In this document: positions 13,601 through 25,775 of the stretch, piece after piece
How the letters are laid out: the number at the start of each line of letters is the position of its first letter
Position numbering within the stretch: the stretch's first letter is position 1
NCBI GenBank assembly: GCA_963693365.1
Contig: CAVNZM010000006.1
Coordinates: 9,923,355 to 9,987,354, forward strand
DNA: 64,000 nucleotides
From: Amoebidium appalachense
Taxonomy: Eukaryota; Protista; Ichthyosporea
Direction of reading: 5' to 3'
The notes under the pieces: model-generated
Database searches by the model: none
Told to the model about the DNA's origin: nothing
The model's input: only the letters and a program-made list of their open reading frames with translations
Made by a program: the position numbers and the translations under genes

Positions 13601-15434
13601 GTTCCGCATTCAAACCCCCCCCCCCCCCCCCCCCCCCCCACACACACACACAGACACACAGACACAAAAAGAGAGCTTCTAAATTGTGTGCACAACATCC
13701 CAGCCGATTTTTTTTTCTTTTTTTTTTTTTTTTTTTCCTTTTTTCCTTTTTTCCTTTTTCGGGGGGGGGGGGAGGGAGGGGGGGCTGTCTACCATATTCT
13801 TGCTTGGCCGCCTGCACGGTGCCAACCCCCCTTCCCTCCCCTCCCCCCAACCCAACCCAACCCAACCCTCGCGCACTGTGGATGACTTTGGTCCCGCCTG
13901 AGATGGGCTCTGCTTATGATTGATGCTCATATGTGTGCTTGGCACTCTGCTTTGTCATGGGATGTCCGCCATTTGTGTGTGTAACACATTCTGACCCCCC
14001 GTGCCCCTTGGGCACGTACTCTCTGTGTGTGCGCTGCAACGTCTGCATATTGTGTTGTCCGTCGTGTATGTGTACTTTGTCATGCAATGGACCCCCTCCC
14101 TCCCCCAGCCCCCCGCCCCTGTGCTTGCACTCTGCATAGCCTTGTCCGACAAGAATGTTTACTTCTTGCTCTATATCTATATGGCATTCTAACCCCCCCC
14201 CCTCCCCACACACGCACACACACGCATACACACACCACCTTACTCCGGACCCCTTTCTCCGAGAGGGGGGGGGGAGGGGGAGGGGGAATTGTTGACTGTG
14301 TGGAGGATAATGCTTCTTTCTGTCGTATCTCTGCCTGCCTGACTGCTACTCCCATATCTTTGGTTCTCGATGCCATGTTCTTTACCATATAGCACTCACT
14401 ACATATAACCGCTTTTCACTCCCCCCCCCCCCCCCCCCTTTCGGGACTTAATTCTTTTCAGCTGGTGTAGTATGTTAGCCAGGGAAGTATCGACTTAGGT
14501 ATCGACGGGGGAGCTTCCTAGAAGCCCCGTCTCCTGAGTTCCTATCTATATTTTTCTTGCTTCTGCTTACTGCTGCAACTTTAACCCCCGGCCTTTCCCA
14601 CTGCCCTTGCCTGCATAAGCAACCCTGCTCGTCTCTGATCAAGACGGGTGACCTACTCATGTTCAAGTGAAACAGTATCTGAGTTGGGTTTCGTTAACGA
14701 GGGGAATAGGTCGAAACTCGGATACTGTGGATGACGTGGGCCCCCCCTGAGGATGGGCTCTGCTTATTATGCATACTCTTTATGTATGGCTTGTATTCTG
14801 CATCGTGTTATCCGTTTGTTCTTGTGTACTTCGTACTTTTTGACTCATTCCAACCCCCCCCCCCCCCCCCCCCCCCCCCCTTGCCTGTGCCCGTCTCCTG
14901 AATTTTTTTCACACCTATCTGCGCATTTCAGAGCCCCCGTCCCTTGCATGTTCTTTGTGTGTGCAGTATGTTGTTCGTCGGACATGGGTAGTTCGTGCTC
15001 TGTGACACAATTTCACTGTGAACCAACCTGGTCGTTTCTCTGGTGTATATACATGTATATGTGTGTTTTTTTATCACGGCCACACGACTGACGGTGGGAC
15101 ACAATGCAGCTCTTATGTACACTTTCATGGACGAGGCCATCATCACTGCTCGGGGTGGGGACGATGATGTCATCAACACGGTGGCATCTGGTGTGCTGAC
15201 TGGTATTCTCTTCAAGGCTACAGGTGAGAATCCCCCCTCCCCCCCCCCCCCCCCCCCCCCCCCCACCCACACACACACACACACACGCCAACGCACACAC
15301 CACAAACACACACAAAAAAAAAACCTCTTTTCTTCACCAGTAACCCGTTGGTTGTCGGTTTCCCCCTTTCCACATGCTGTATGCGTACAACTTGTGCTTT
15401 GTGCTTGGCCGTATGTCATACAGCAGCTCCCCCT

Positions 15435-15465
<31 letters not shown>

Positions 15466-15527
15466 CGTGTCGTTTGCACTCCGCATTGTGTTGTCCGATC
15501 TAAATGTGCAATTTGTACTTGACGCAT

Positions 15528-15566
<39 letters not shown>

Positions 15567-15683
15567 AGGGTGCTGTGTGCGTTGCTGATGCCACCTGTTT
15601 AAGCGATTGCCTTTTTTGCATGCAATTTGCTCCGAGTTTCTCATCGCTTAGTTGTACGTCTTACTGTGTTCCGAATTCTAGTC

Positions 15684-15728
<45 letters not shown>

Positions 15729-15823
15729 CCTCCTTCACAAGAAGAGCGTATCGTGAGTTGTTCTCACTCAATTGGAGTCAAATTTTGACTCCAAGACACA
15801 CCGTGAACACCCATAGTTACCCC

Positions 15824-15859
<36 letters not shown>

Positions 15860-16098
15860 CTCTTTTTATATATCACGATTTTGCCTTGCCTCTTCTTCCC
15901 GTCCTGTTTGCAGCCAACCTTTGGGATGTTTGGATTGTTGCCTTGTGCTGCTGTGCAAGCCAGTGTGCTCACACCACTGCCCGCACAGCTGGGCCGAGGG
16001 CCATGGCATTGGCAGGCGCAGTCGGTGGTGCCTTCGTCGGCCTGGGCGTCTTGGCCAAGCAGACAGTCGGCCCCAAAATCACAAACATCCTGATCTGA
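10641..16098 (+). CDS. TIM23: Mitochondrial inner-membrane translocase subunit Tim23 (Tim17/22/23 family), 5 exons
   Basis: Exons 10641-10719, 11196-11372, 11829-11969, 15110-15223 and 15989-16098 splice in frame: ..DYLFPEDSHKKRSMFEKLGVRTGVSYLVGSSVGGVWGLAEGLRNPDATTRRLKINSVLNAVTRRGPFVGNFSAVLALMYTFMDEAIITARGGDDDVINTVASGVLTGILFKATAGPRAMALAG.. The RLKINSVLN..TRRG motif and GxxxG TM helices are typical of Tim23. Confidence 0.93.
13341..13501 (+). ncRNA. Candidate structured RNA / hammerhead-like ribozyme with a k-turn (subfamily A)
   Basis: Closing stem cataagca/tgcttatg; hairpin gctcgtctt-tgatc-aagacgggt; stem cccaagt/acttggg; k-turn (bulge gtt 13394-96, GA 13397-98 and GA 13463-64); stem gtctgagt/actcagac; GAAA 13446-49; CUGAGGA 13480-86. 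Pairings are supported by compensatory changes in the 14614 copy. Catalysis is inference only. Confidence 0.6.
14614..14767 (+). ncRNA. Candidate structured RNA / hammerhead-like ribozyme with a k-turn (subfamily B)
   Basis: Same architecture with different sequence: acagtatctgagt/actcggatactgt (13 bp), gaccta/taggtc, ctcatgt/acgtggg, k-turn bulge agt 14666-68, GAAA 14713-16, CUGAGGA 14747-53. Confidence 0.6.
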
Positions 16099-18807
16099 GC
16101 AGCAAGTTGAGAGTGGCGAGAAGATCATGCAAGCAGACACGTAGCTTTCAAGGTCTTCTGGCTTCAGGCTACATTCAATTGTTGGTATTTGTATGAAGGG
16201 CTAGAATTGTATGTGTGTGGGAATATGTCGCTTTAACGGCACTGGGCAGCAAACAAACGTTTTACACCAAGACTTGTTTAGCTTTTCTCTGGTGTCTGGA
16301 GGTCTACCGGGGTTGGGATGCTATGCCACCACAGTGACTCTCGACTGGCCTAGGACCTACTGCGTTATCCTGCACTCTTTAGGAGGCAGTGCGTCTGAAC
16401 TCTGCCCTCGTTGTCTTCAGCTCAGAGTGTTGTCTTGGGCCATGGGTGCAAGTTTTGTCTGTGCACCAGCACGTTTGGTTTGGTTTGAGGGCGCAGGTGA
16501 AGGGGGCTGCCCAGCTGGGACTGGGAACCCTTGGGGAAGGCTATAGTAACAGTGTGATCCTTGCCTGAAAAAGCTTGCGGAACCAAGTTTCCTGCGACGT
16601 GTGCCTATACTCTGAAAGTGAGGGTGAATCTATCAAATAAACCGTCACCGTAACGTTGCATGCGTGTGCACTATAGCTACGCCTTGGTACTTTGTGACTT
16701 GTGTGTCCCCCCCCCTCCTCTGGATCATCAGGCTGCACGGGGTCGCCTGCTCCATGGCCTGGCAGTGGCAGTGAGGGTGGGCCTTCTCAGCGCGACTCTC
16801 CATGCACAGTGCACGGACAGCTCTATGCCTATGTACGTAACCCACCGGAAGTTGCTCCATATGAGCGCCACTATGTGAGGTGGAGGCTGGTCACCAGAGG
16901 TGTACTTTCCTCGTGTTCCCGTGGCTGTTCAAACATACGTATACGCGGGCTGGTGGGTGCTGCAGCTGCTCCTAACTGGCACGTATATATCCGTCTAATT
17001 ATCTACACCGCCTTAGGGGAAGCAACACGTCCTCAAAGACATTAGCACAGACACTCTCTAGAATACGCGGCCCACCGACTCTACGTCGGGTTACCGGTAC
17101 CCTTCTCCTCGGCGCCCACCCTTTCTCGGCCCCTCGACTCGTATACACTTCGGGGTCCCCCTGGCCCCCCCTCCTCCTATCACTCCAAGACGCCAGCTGT
17201 AGTCTTTCAGGGCCTCCCCCAGTTCATTGCCATACGAAAAAAAACTTGATTTTAAGGCTTACAGGCGCTGAATGAAGTATGCCTTTTTGTTGAAAGGTGA
17301 TCAAGTTCTATCATCTGGATTTATTTTATAGACAACTTGAGGGCAAGAATCCTTCGACGAAGTAATCCGGAACAAGAAGTTCGAACTCACCTAAGCCACT
17401 CTGCGATCATATGCATGTGGAACAGACTCTGACAAAAAGCTGCAACAAGCAACTTCCGCTGCATTCACGGTGTGTATGCATGCACATCAGAATGTTGGCT
17501 GATCCTTTATTACTTTCTATGATAATTATTCTGTAGTTGGTTAATCACAGCCAGGAACTTGCTTGCAAGCTGAAGTTGCTCAGTACACGGTCCCTGTGGC
17601 AACCTCGCCCTCGGAGAGTGGCTACAGTACCGTGAGTACGCCAGTAATGTACCTCAATGTTTGAGCCAGGCAACCTCGGAATACAAGTTTTGTCTTGTTT
17701 TCTGCAGCCAGCAGGCCAAGTACAACCTGTAACTATTTTAGCAAATAAGTTCAACGCTCGGAGGTGGATTTGGGTGAATAGACTGAGGAATAGGGCGGAA
17801 CGGCAGAAAGGAGGCCGTGGCCTGCCACCTACTGAGATGGCTCCTTATTTTTCCTTACACATTTAGCCAACACCTACCACCTACCTACCACCTACTGAGG
17901 CGGGTGTCTCCTTTCTTTTTTTTTTTTCTTTTTTTTTTTTTTTTGCCGCCTGAAGTAGATGTATAACGTCGCACGTGCGGCAACACGTCAGTACGTGTTA
18001 GAGCGAACACTGGACTCTATCCCCTATCGAACCGTCGAGGCGCCGCGACAGCAAGCATGCACGCGGTCGCGAGAGTGCAAGGAAAAATATAGTGATCAAT
18101 AAGGAAAAAGTTCATCGCAGCGCGTGCACACCGTCAGTACGTGTGAGGGCCGTGGCCCGTACTGGCCTGTACGCGTGGTGCACGCACGTGAAGGTCCCAG
18201 GATCTGTTAGCTCTGAAAATTGTTTTGCCACTAAAGATTCAACCAATCAGCACTATCCACCTGTCATATGGGGACCTGGAACTAAATTTAGACCAATCAT
18301 GGCAGACCCCATGAATGAAAAAGAATCTTGTGAGGAATTTTGAACAACGGCTTGCTTACAAGCTCGTATACCATCCCCTCAAACAAAAAAAGAAATAAAG
18401 AAAATAATTTGTGTATATTTTGATGTTTTCTCAGCATACATAGAGGGGGTTTTCCCCCAAAATGCCAACACACACGTACAGTGAATACGACAACTACCGC
18501 GGCCGGCACTGGCCGCTCGCTTGAATAAAGACCTTTTTTTAGGGGTTCAATCAGCAGTCGTTTCATTTTCTGCTAAACAATGATCCATCATAGGTGTTAT
18601 GCCCACTATCATGCTTATTCTTGGATGTACCATAAAAATACTAAAATGTATTTCACATTTTTTTCTTGAACACCGTGAAGCTTTACACAGACCAAGTTTG
18701 CTTTTACTTACCCGTAGTGAATATATCTTGGTGGGGTTTAAACCCTGCATTCCTCAGTATTGACCAGCAAATAAAATGACGGCCATCGTGATCCACTATT
18801 GAGCATA

Positions 18808-20583
18808 ATGAAGACTCCTGTGTTGGACAAGCCAGCTTCGGTCGCGATTACCAGTGAATATTCGAACGTAGGTAAACTTCATAATGCTTGAAAACCTAGG
18901 CCATGTAGCCTTAACATATTATGTTTTTTTCTCTCTTTCAACCTGATTGTCTTATGAATTATTCAGACACCCATTCCAGCCTATTTGCGAGGTATGGATG
19001 GATGGCGCAAAATATTGTGCTCATACGATTAGTACAACAGCCGCAACACATTGGTTGAAGGTCACGCATTCCAAAAACCGACACTGATAGGGTCCTACAT
19101 GTGGGCCATGATGTGGCTGGCAATGCGCCGACTCTTGCTGTGCATTCGAACAAGCTGGCTTGTTACAAACTCGCATGTTTCGTTTGGTTCCCATCTTCCA
19201 GTGCCTTGGGAATGTTCTATATCTGAAGTAGTTTACATGGTTAGCGGTGTAAAGACATAGCCGCGGCTATCATTTATCAAAATGCCGGAAAATTCGCTCT
19301 TGCACATGCTTCCCCTCCTTGTGCTCTCGTGGCTGCAGTGCGTGCAGGGCTGGCAGGACGGCCAGAGTGACCTGTTGGCACAGAATGTGCAGACACACAG
19401 CAAGCAGATATGGGCGGGTGCCTCACTTCTGCTGGGTGCTCTGACGGTGCCACTAGTCACACACTCTATTAGGCGCCTGGCCAAAACCCACCCGCGGACT
19501 GAGCTTGTTGATGGAGACTGCACACAGGAGGTGAGCACCAAACCATACCTGGATCTTTTAGTGATGTTGTTGCTTGATGTGTGATGTTGGGTACGCAGCG
19601 TGTACGGTCGTGGTTTGTTTTTACGAATGTGTGCGTGTGCATATGATACGTGTGGCTATGGCCGTGTGCGTTTAGATTATTGGTAAGGATCTAAGACGGC
19701 AAATAGTATTGGATGGTACGGGTAGATGGGCGTGGAGAGGGGGCACCCGGGGGGGGGGGGGGGGATTGAGAGAGGAAAGGGGACGTGTGATATTTAAAAG
19801 GTAGCTAAATGTGCTATCTCCTAGCTAATTGTGCTATCTCCACTTCAGGCCCTGACTGTGCGTCCATCTGATTTCCTGCAACCCGAGGAGTCGGATGCTG
19901 AGCTTCGTAAGCGCAGCAAGTCGGCAAAGAAGAAGGTGAAGCGCGAGGAGAAGAAGAAGCAGGTGGTCGAGGCGACAGGGAAGGTGACTGTTGTGGGAGT
20001 GCCTGCCCCTGTGGCAGAGGTATTACCTTCTCCAGATAACACTAAGAAGACCAGCGAGGTTGTGGCTGCACCAGAGGCTCTAGTAGCCCCAGCAGTGTCC
20101 GTGCCGACGGTCACCGCAGGCAGCAGAGTCACAGTGGCAAACACAGGGGTGGGGGCCACTCGGGTCGAAAAGAAGAAACCGGTAGCAGCAGTGAAGAAGG
20201 CGAAAGTAAGCACACCAGCGTCGGCACCTATAGTTTCGGTCACAACACGTGTAGCTCCAGTCGTAATACCGACCATGCAGGTGGCCAGGTCAGCACCCAA
20301 ACCCGCATCGTGGGGGGGTGTCAGTCAGAGTGTGTGGGCTCAGCCAGAGGAGCATCGGCGCCATACCCTTCCCAACACGGCACATTTCAGTTATTTCACT
20401 GATGGAGGCTTCTGTGGTGCACTTATAGGCGTGCAGAAAGAGACCACCCAGGTGCCTGAGGCTGCACAGCCTGAAAATCAGGGAACGTACTCGCTCTTTG
20501 GCACTGCCAGCATTTTTCTAAACTCAAAAATGTGTACTCTCTTGGACCTAGCCTGGTGCTTTGGTCGACTGCATAGATTGTAA
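18808..20583 (+). CDS. Hypothetical membrane protein with a Lys-rich and Ala/Val/Pro-rich C-terminal region
   Basis: Exon ~19261-19530 (hydrophobic segments LLHMLPLLVLSWLQCV and IWAGASLLLGALTVPLV, donor gtgagc) joins in frame to the long exon 19849-20583 (RKRSKSAKKKVKREEKKK..). The small upstream exons from ATG 18808 are tentative. CCAAT boxes lie at ~18242 and ~18292. No family recognised. Confidence 0.55.
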
Positions 20584-20675
20584 GTTATGCCACTGAAAGA
20601 ATGAGTTGTATTTGTTTATACGGTTAGATTGTAAGTTGTGCCACTGAAAGAATGAGTGGTATTTGTTTATACGGT
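20574..20675. repeat. 51-bp tandem duplication spanning the stop codon and 3' UTR
   Basis: tagattgtaagtt(a/g)tgccactgaaagaatgagt(t/g)gtatttgtttatacggt occurs twice with 2 mismatches. Confidence 0.9.
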
Positions 20676-20879
20676 TCGAATAATTCTTGGATGGTGTCTC
20701 GCACGACCTGTGTCAATATATTCACAGTTAACCCTGACTCTTGATATGACTCGTGCCAGTGTTGGTGCAACCGAAACCATCGGACGGTCACCGTGAGAGA
20801 GTCGGTTGCAAGATGCACCGCAGCGGCCTGCTGGCAAATGTAACCCCCGTGCCCAGGCGTCACCATGCCCACCCTATTC

Positions 20880-22735
20880 AAGTAGATTGTTTTGTAGCCA
20901 GATTTTCTTTTTATGCTGTTTTTTCCCACGACCAGGACCCCCGCTCAGAAACCTGTTGTGTGGCCTGTAGACCCATCTATCCCCATAGAATTGATCCTCC
21001 CCTTTTTCAGTCCCGATACCATATGGTCTGTGATATCTAGTTATAGCTCTAGTAAGTCTTGTGGACCTGATGTACTTCCTGCTGGGTTTCTTAAAATCCT
21101 TGTTCCCTCCTACCCACAAAAGGAAAGTGATCGTGCTGATCTTACTATTATGTTAAGCTCTCTCTTTTCTTGGTGTGTTAAATGTGGGCATGTCCCGTCA
21201 TCTTTGTTAGATGCCTTAGTGATCCCCTTAGTTAAGAAGGACTCTGAGGGCCCCATATCATCTTTTCGCCCCATCACACTAACCCAGGTTGTTCGTAGAT
21301 TCTTTGAAGCTTGCTTACTTAGGTTATTTGCACATCAACCTAGGTTTCATTATATTCTTCACATACACCCATGCCAATCCGCTTTTCGTAAAAACAATTC
21401 ATGTTATGTTCAAATAATGGCACTGCACGATTCTATGCAAGTTGGTGCACGATGTGCTGGTTTTATTGATTGGAAAACTGCTTACGATTCTGTCTCCCCT
21501 GGTCTCCTATGGGAAACGCTTGCTGCACGGGGTGTACCACACTGCATTGGTGTTTTGTTAGAAGCACTCTTGTCTCAAACCTGTGGTAGAGCTGTGGTTA
21601 ATATTATCATCTAAACCTGTACCTATAGTTCCAGAATACAAATATCTTGGTGTTCCGGCTAATTCTGTTGGTGTTATGTTTTCCCATATGGTCGAAAAGA
21701 GGGTAGAGCTGGCTCGTAAGCGGTTAGCTTTCTTCTCGGCTAATATTTTTAAAGACACACCCCTCCATCCTTCTATTAGACTTACATTTATTCGCACTTT
21801 TGTCTTCCCGGCATGTGAATATGGTTTACCCATTCTCGCCGCTTGGATCAAGAAAGAGAGAACTAGCGTGCTTAAACCCTTGGCAAATTTCCGTGAAGCA
21901 GAAGTTGCCTCCTTTCTGTCTAACAACTGTTGTAAACCTGGGCCTGTAACGCTCTGGATATATGGTCTGGTCCCAATAGCTGCTAGAGTATCCCACCTCG
22001 CGCTGAAATTCAAAAAGCACATAAGCAGCTTAAAGAAGTATTTGCCCTCCCACCCTCTCTTCTCTATCCGACCTGTCCCCTCCTCACCTCTCCCCTCTTT
22101 CCTTCCCTCTCTCTCTCCTTCTCCCCCGGGCACAAATACAAATAAACCCCGCAAAAGTGTGCGTGTGACTTTGGACTGCCACTTACTTATTAGACATGTA
22201 CACAATCACAAGATAATTATAATTACGCAATTTAACAAATGGAAAAAGATACCACACGACATCAGACCCGATGAAAGCATACACCTTGAAAAACTAAGCC
22301 TTATGTCTCGTTTCATATATAATGACCGCCTTAACCATATTGCCAAATATGGCACTCGCAAATGTGTAACACCTAAATACATAATACCTTCCTGTAGAAT
22401 TGGTCTTTGTCTAGCTGATGGTATTATTGATCACATACCACGCTTTTACTGTACACGTGCTATACAGTGGAGACCTAAAAAGTACAAGGTGGCATCGTTT
22501 GCATGCCCAAACAACACACACACACACCAGTTTTAACGGTCATGTATCGCCAAATGTAGTTTGATAGACCACATAATACCGCAACACACACACGTCACAT
22601 TCACAACAGACCCAGAAAGATAGCCTACCTGAAAAATTACAACATCCTTGATTTTATACTAAACACGCGTAACTACGACCTGTTTATTAGATGTATTGAT
22701 TGGCTTGAGAAACACATCATTACAAAATTCTAGTC
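20880..22735 (+). mobile_element. Defective, 5'-truncated non-LTR (LINE-type) retrotransposon reverse transcriptase
   Basis: ORF 20913-21614 has KSCGPD, VIPLVKK, FRPITL, QSAFR and FIDWKTAYDSV (RT domains 0-3). The overlapping ORF 21583-22536 starts at EYKYLGV (domain 7) and continues into a thumb-like region (FPACEYG). It is intronless, unlike the host genes. The QG..LSP and YADD segments are absent. Confidence 0.9.
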
Positions 22736-23819
22736 ACGTTTTACCTCTTTCCCTACGGGTGTCTGCTACACTAGCTGGCAATGTGAACACTTTAGACTTT
22801 TTGTTGAATTCTGTTGGTCGTCACATTGAGTATTTATATGATTTTCACACAGTGTTCAGGTATCTCAGTATGCACTTGTTAAGTTTTTATTGTCTTCTCA
22901 GTATGCCGTGCATACTTGCATATCTTTCCGTCGAATAAATCCAGTCAAAAGAAAAACTTCTAGCGCGCGCGCACACACACACACACACACAAAGGACACA
23001 CACACACAACCAGCTGATACCGAGTGTCCCAGGGGAGCCCGGAAAAAAAAAAAAAAAAAAAAAAAAAAAACGGGAAACCCCAACTAATTAATTGATTTCT
23101 CTTATCTTTATGGTATCTCGTAGAGAAAGTAAACCCTGATATATAATCATCACCCGACATCTATGTACGTGATCATGATATACCGCTGAGGGCCCAGGGG
23201 ATATTCCGAGCAAAAACCCCCCATACCTGCCGACTGGTCTCTCTTTGCCTCGAGTAAACAGCGTAAACCGTGACGATCTCACCCTTGCCTCTATTAGATC
23301 TTCAGGGTTAGATCCATGCACGTGTGTTGTATGCACATACACCAAATTATAATTTCCTGCTTTCCAGTCGTTCCTTTTGGTTTTTTTCATACGTGCACAC
23401 GTAGCTACATAAATCTCGTCTTGTTATATTTGACAATGATTTCCAGGATCCGGTCCAAAGCTGCAGACTGCGGCACACAACAGCAAGCATCCATGGCTGC
23501 ATTGAACGAATGCTGGCAGCTTGCTTCAGCTCAATGGCATAACACAAATTCTTCATAAAGGCTTTTCTCCTACATTAGAAGAAACGTAAGAAGGCCTTTG
23601 AACTCGTTTTTTCTTCTCTCTCTCTCTCTTTTTTTTTCTTTTTTTTTATTGTTGCGCCGGGCAAGTCCAAATCTACGTGACGTACACTGCAGCAATAGGC
23701 ATGCTCGTCAGGCTCACAAAAATACATGATCAGGGCGAGCGCTCAATAGACTTATCCCTGGGTAAACTCGCCCTGAAAATAATCGTGGGCACAGTAGTAT
23801 ATCCTAGTCCTTGTGTAAC

Positions 23820-24159
23820 ATGGCTGCCAGCATACTTCCGCGCGCGCTTGCGCTCTTTGCGCTCTTTGCTTCGGTCATGGCCGAGGGCGCCGGACCGGGC
23901 CGTGGGTTTGGAGACAAGTACGACTGGAAGGTGCGGGGCCAGTTCTGCTGTTGAGTGTGTTTGTTTTTTTGTGCGGCCCGGGCTTGTAGTTGGGTGCATC
24001 TAGGCGTTTGTGTATGTTTTTGTACATGCAAGGGAGGGCGCAACTGTTTTTGGTTGGTTGGTTGGGGGGGGGGGGGGGGGGGGGGTTGATGGTGAGGTGA
24101 AGGATGCTGAAAGGGAGGTGGAGGGGGGGTGGGGAAGGGGAGGGGGAAAGGGGGGGGAA

Positions 24160-24190
<31 letters not shown>

Positions 24191-25075
24191 GGGGAGGGGG
24201 GAGCTAGGGGAGCAGGACGGAGTCTGGGGACAAGAAGAGTCAGGTCCTATGGCTAGGTGGGGCCGGGGGGGGGGGGGGGGGAGGGGGGGAGGGGGGGAGG
24301 GGGGGGGGGGGGGGGAGGGGGATGGGGGAACAGGGGTAAAAGATGAAGATGGAGAAGGCAGAGGTGGTGAGGAGGAAATGTTGAGGGCGTGTGAGAGGTG
24401 GGGGGGGGGGGGGGGGTGGGGGGGGGGGGGGGGGGGGATTTATAGATAGAGTGGCAGGATGTGAAAGATAGCGGGAGCCTAAAGGCGAAATCCATAAGGG
24501 AGCTCGAGAGGGGGCCAACGCAAAAAATTGGGCAAAAAACGTAACTCTAAGGGGTGTTTGTACGCATGTCGTCAAGGTTGTGCCCGGAAAAAGATGCAGA
24601 GAAATTATGTGGTGGTATGTGGGGAACTTTGATAGTGTTGGTCCATAGGCAAATTTTGATACACACCAGGAGGTAGAACAGAACGTTTAAGAACGAAACA
24701 CACCCTAACAGTTGATGTCACGTTTCCCTTTCCTCTTTTGAGGCAGCCACACCTGACGCTGTGTATGTTGTGCAGACATGGCAGGAGGCGCTTGGGGAGA
24801 ACAACAGCAAGCCCGTTATGATTATGATCCACAGGACCTGGTGTGGGGCCTGCAAAGCCCTGGGCCCCAAGTTTGCTGAGTCACAGGAGATCTTCGTTAG
24901 TGTCCCCCCTTTTTTCCGGTTCTGCCAGGGTTGGTGCTTTTGCATGGCTGTGGTTCTTCACGGGAGTGTGTCCCCCCTTCCCCTCCCCCCTCCCTCCGCC
25001 ATTTGTTGAAGGACAGCTGGTAAGGGATGGTCGTTCCATCTAATGGCGATCGAGGGCGGGACTGCATGGGCTGTA

Positions 25076-25162
<87 letters not shown>

Positions 25163-25732
25163 TTGGAGGGGAGGAGGGGCACATAAGTCCATACGCCGGA
25201 AGTCCCCTGGCACCTGATTGGACAAAACACAATCCGATGACATAAAATCAGGGGAGAACGATTCGATCCCCAAGCGACATAAAGGGGCCGTCAGGCCCCT
25301 CTAGCGGGGGCTTGGGGGCGTTTAAGGCCCAGACACACATAGGGTTATGGTTATTGGGTTTATGTTTTTATTTTGGTATTTTACTATCAAATATTGTATT
25401 TTTTAGCCGGTTATGGTCCGATTTCCCTATACCTAGGGGCTTTCTTCGTATAGACCTACCTCGAGGGGGATGGGGGGGGGGAGGGGGAGAACGGGGGGAT
25501 AGGAAGTATACAAGGATAATCCGGGGTGCGCCGTCAGAAGCGATTGAAAGGGATTATATACAGTATGGTTTTCCTTCACAGAGTAGTTTTATTTGGCCTT
25601 CTACTTGTGGTGGCAGTGGTGTGGCAGGGGTACGGTGTGGGACGGTGGACCGACCCCCCCCCCCCCTCCCCCCCCTCCCCCCCCCCCCAAAAAAAAAAAA
25701 AAAAAAAAAAAAACATCGGGCTGTGGGACCGA

Positions 25733-25775
<43 letters not shown>

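Larger units (their letters stand above)
12111..14852 (+). mobile_element. Tandem array of a structured-RNA repeat family in Tim23 intron 3 (full heads at 13341-13501 and 14614-14767)
   Basis: Shared core gatgac(t/g)tgggccc(t/c)ccctgaggatgggctctgcttat recurs at ~12111, ~12514, ~13010, ~13463, ~13880 and ~14730. Segments 12969-13162 and 13422-13615 are identical (period 453 nt). Copies end in cattc(a)aa plus poly-C. Confidence 0.85.

Noticed and set aside
16650-17800. Short ORFs and exon-like segments between Tim23 and the next gene
   Set aside because: No recognisable motif or consistent exon chain could be built.
20574-20675. 51-bp duplication as a target-site duplication of the LINE
   Set aside because: Both copies are on the same side of the element and no matching copy was found at its 3' end.
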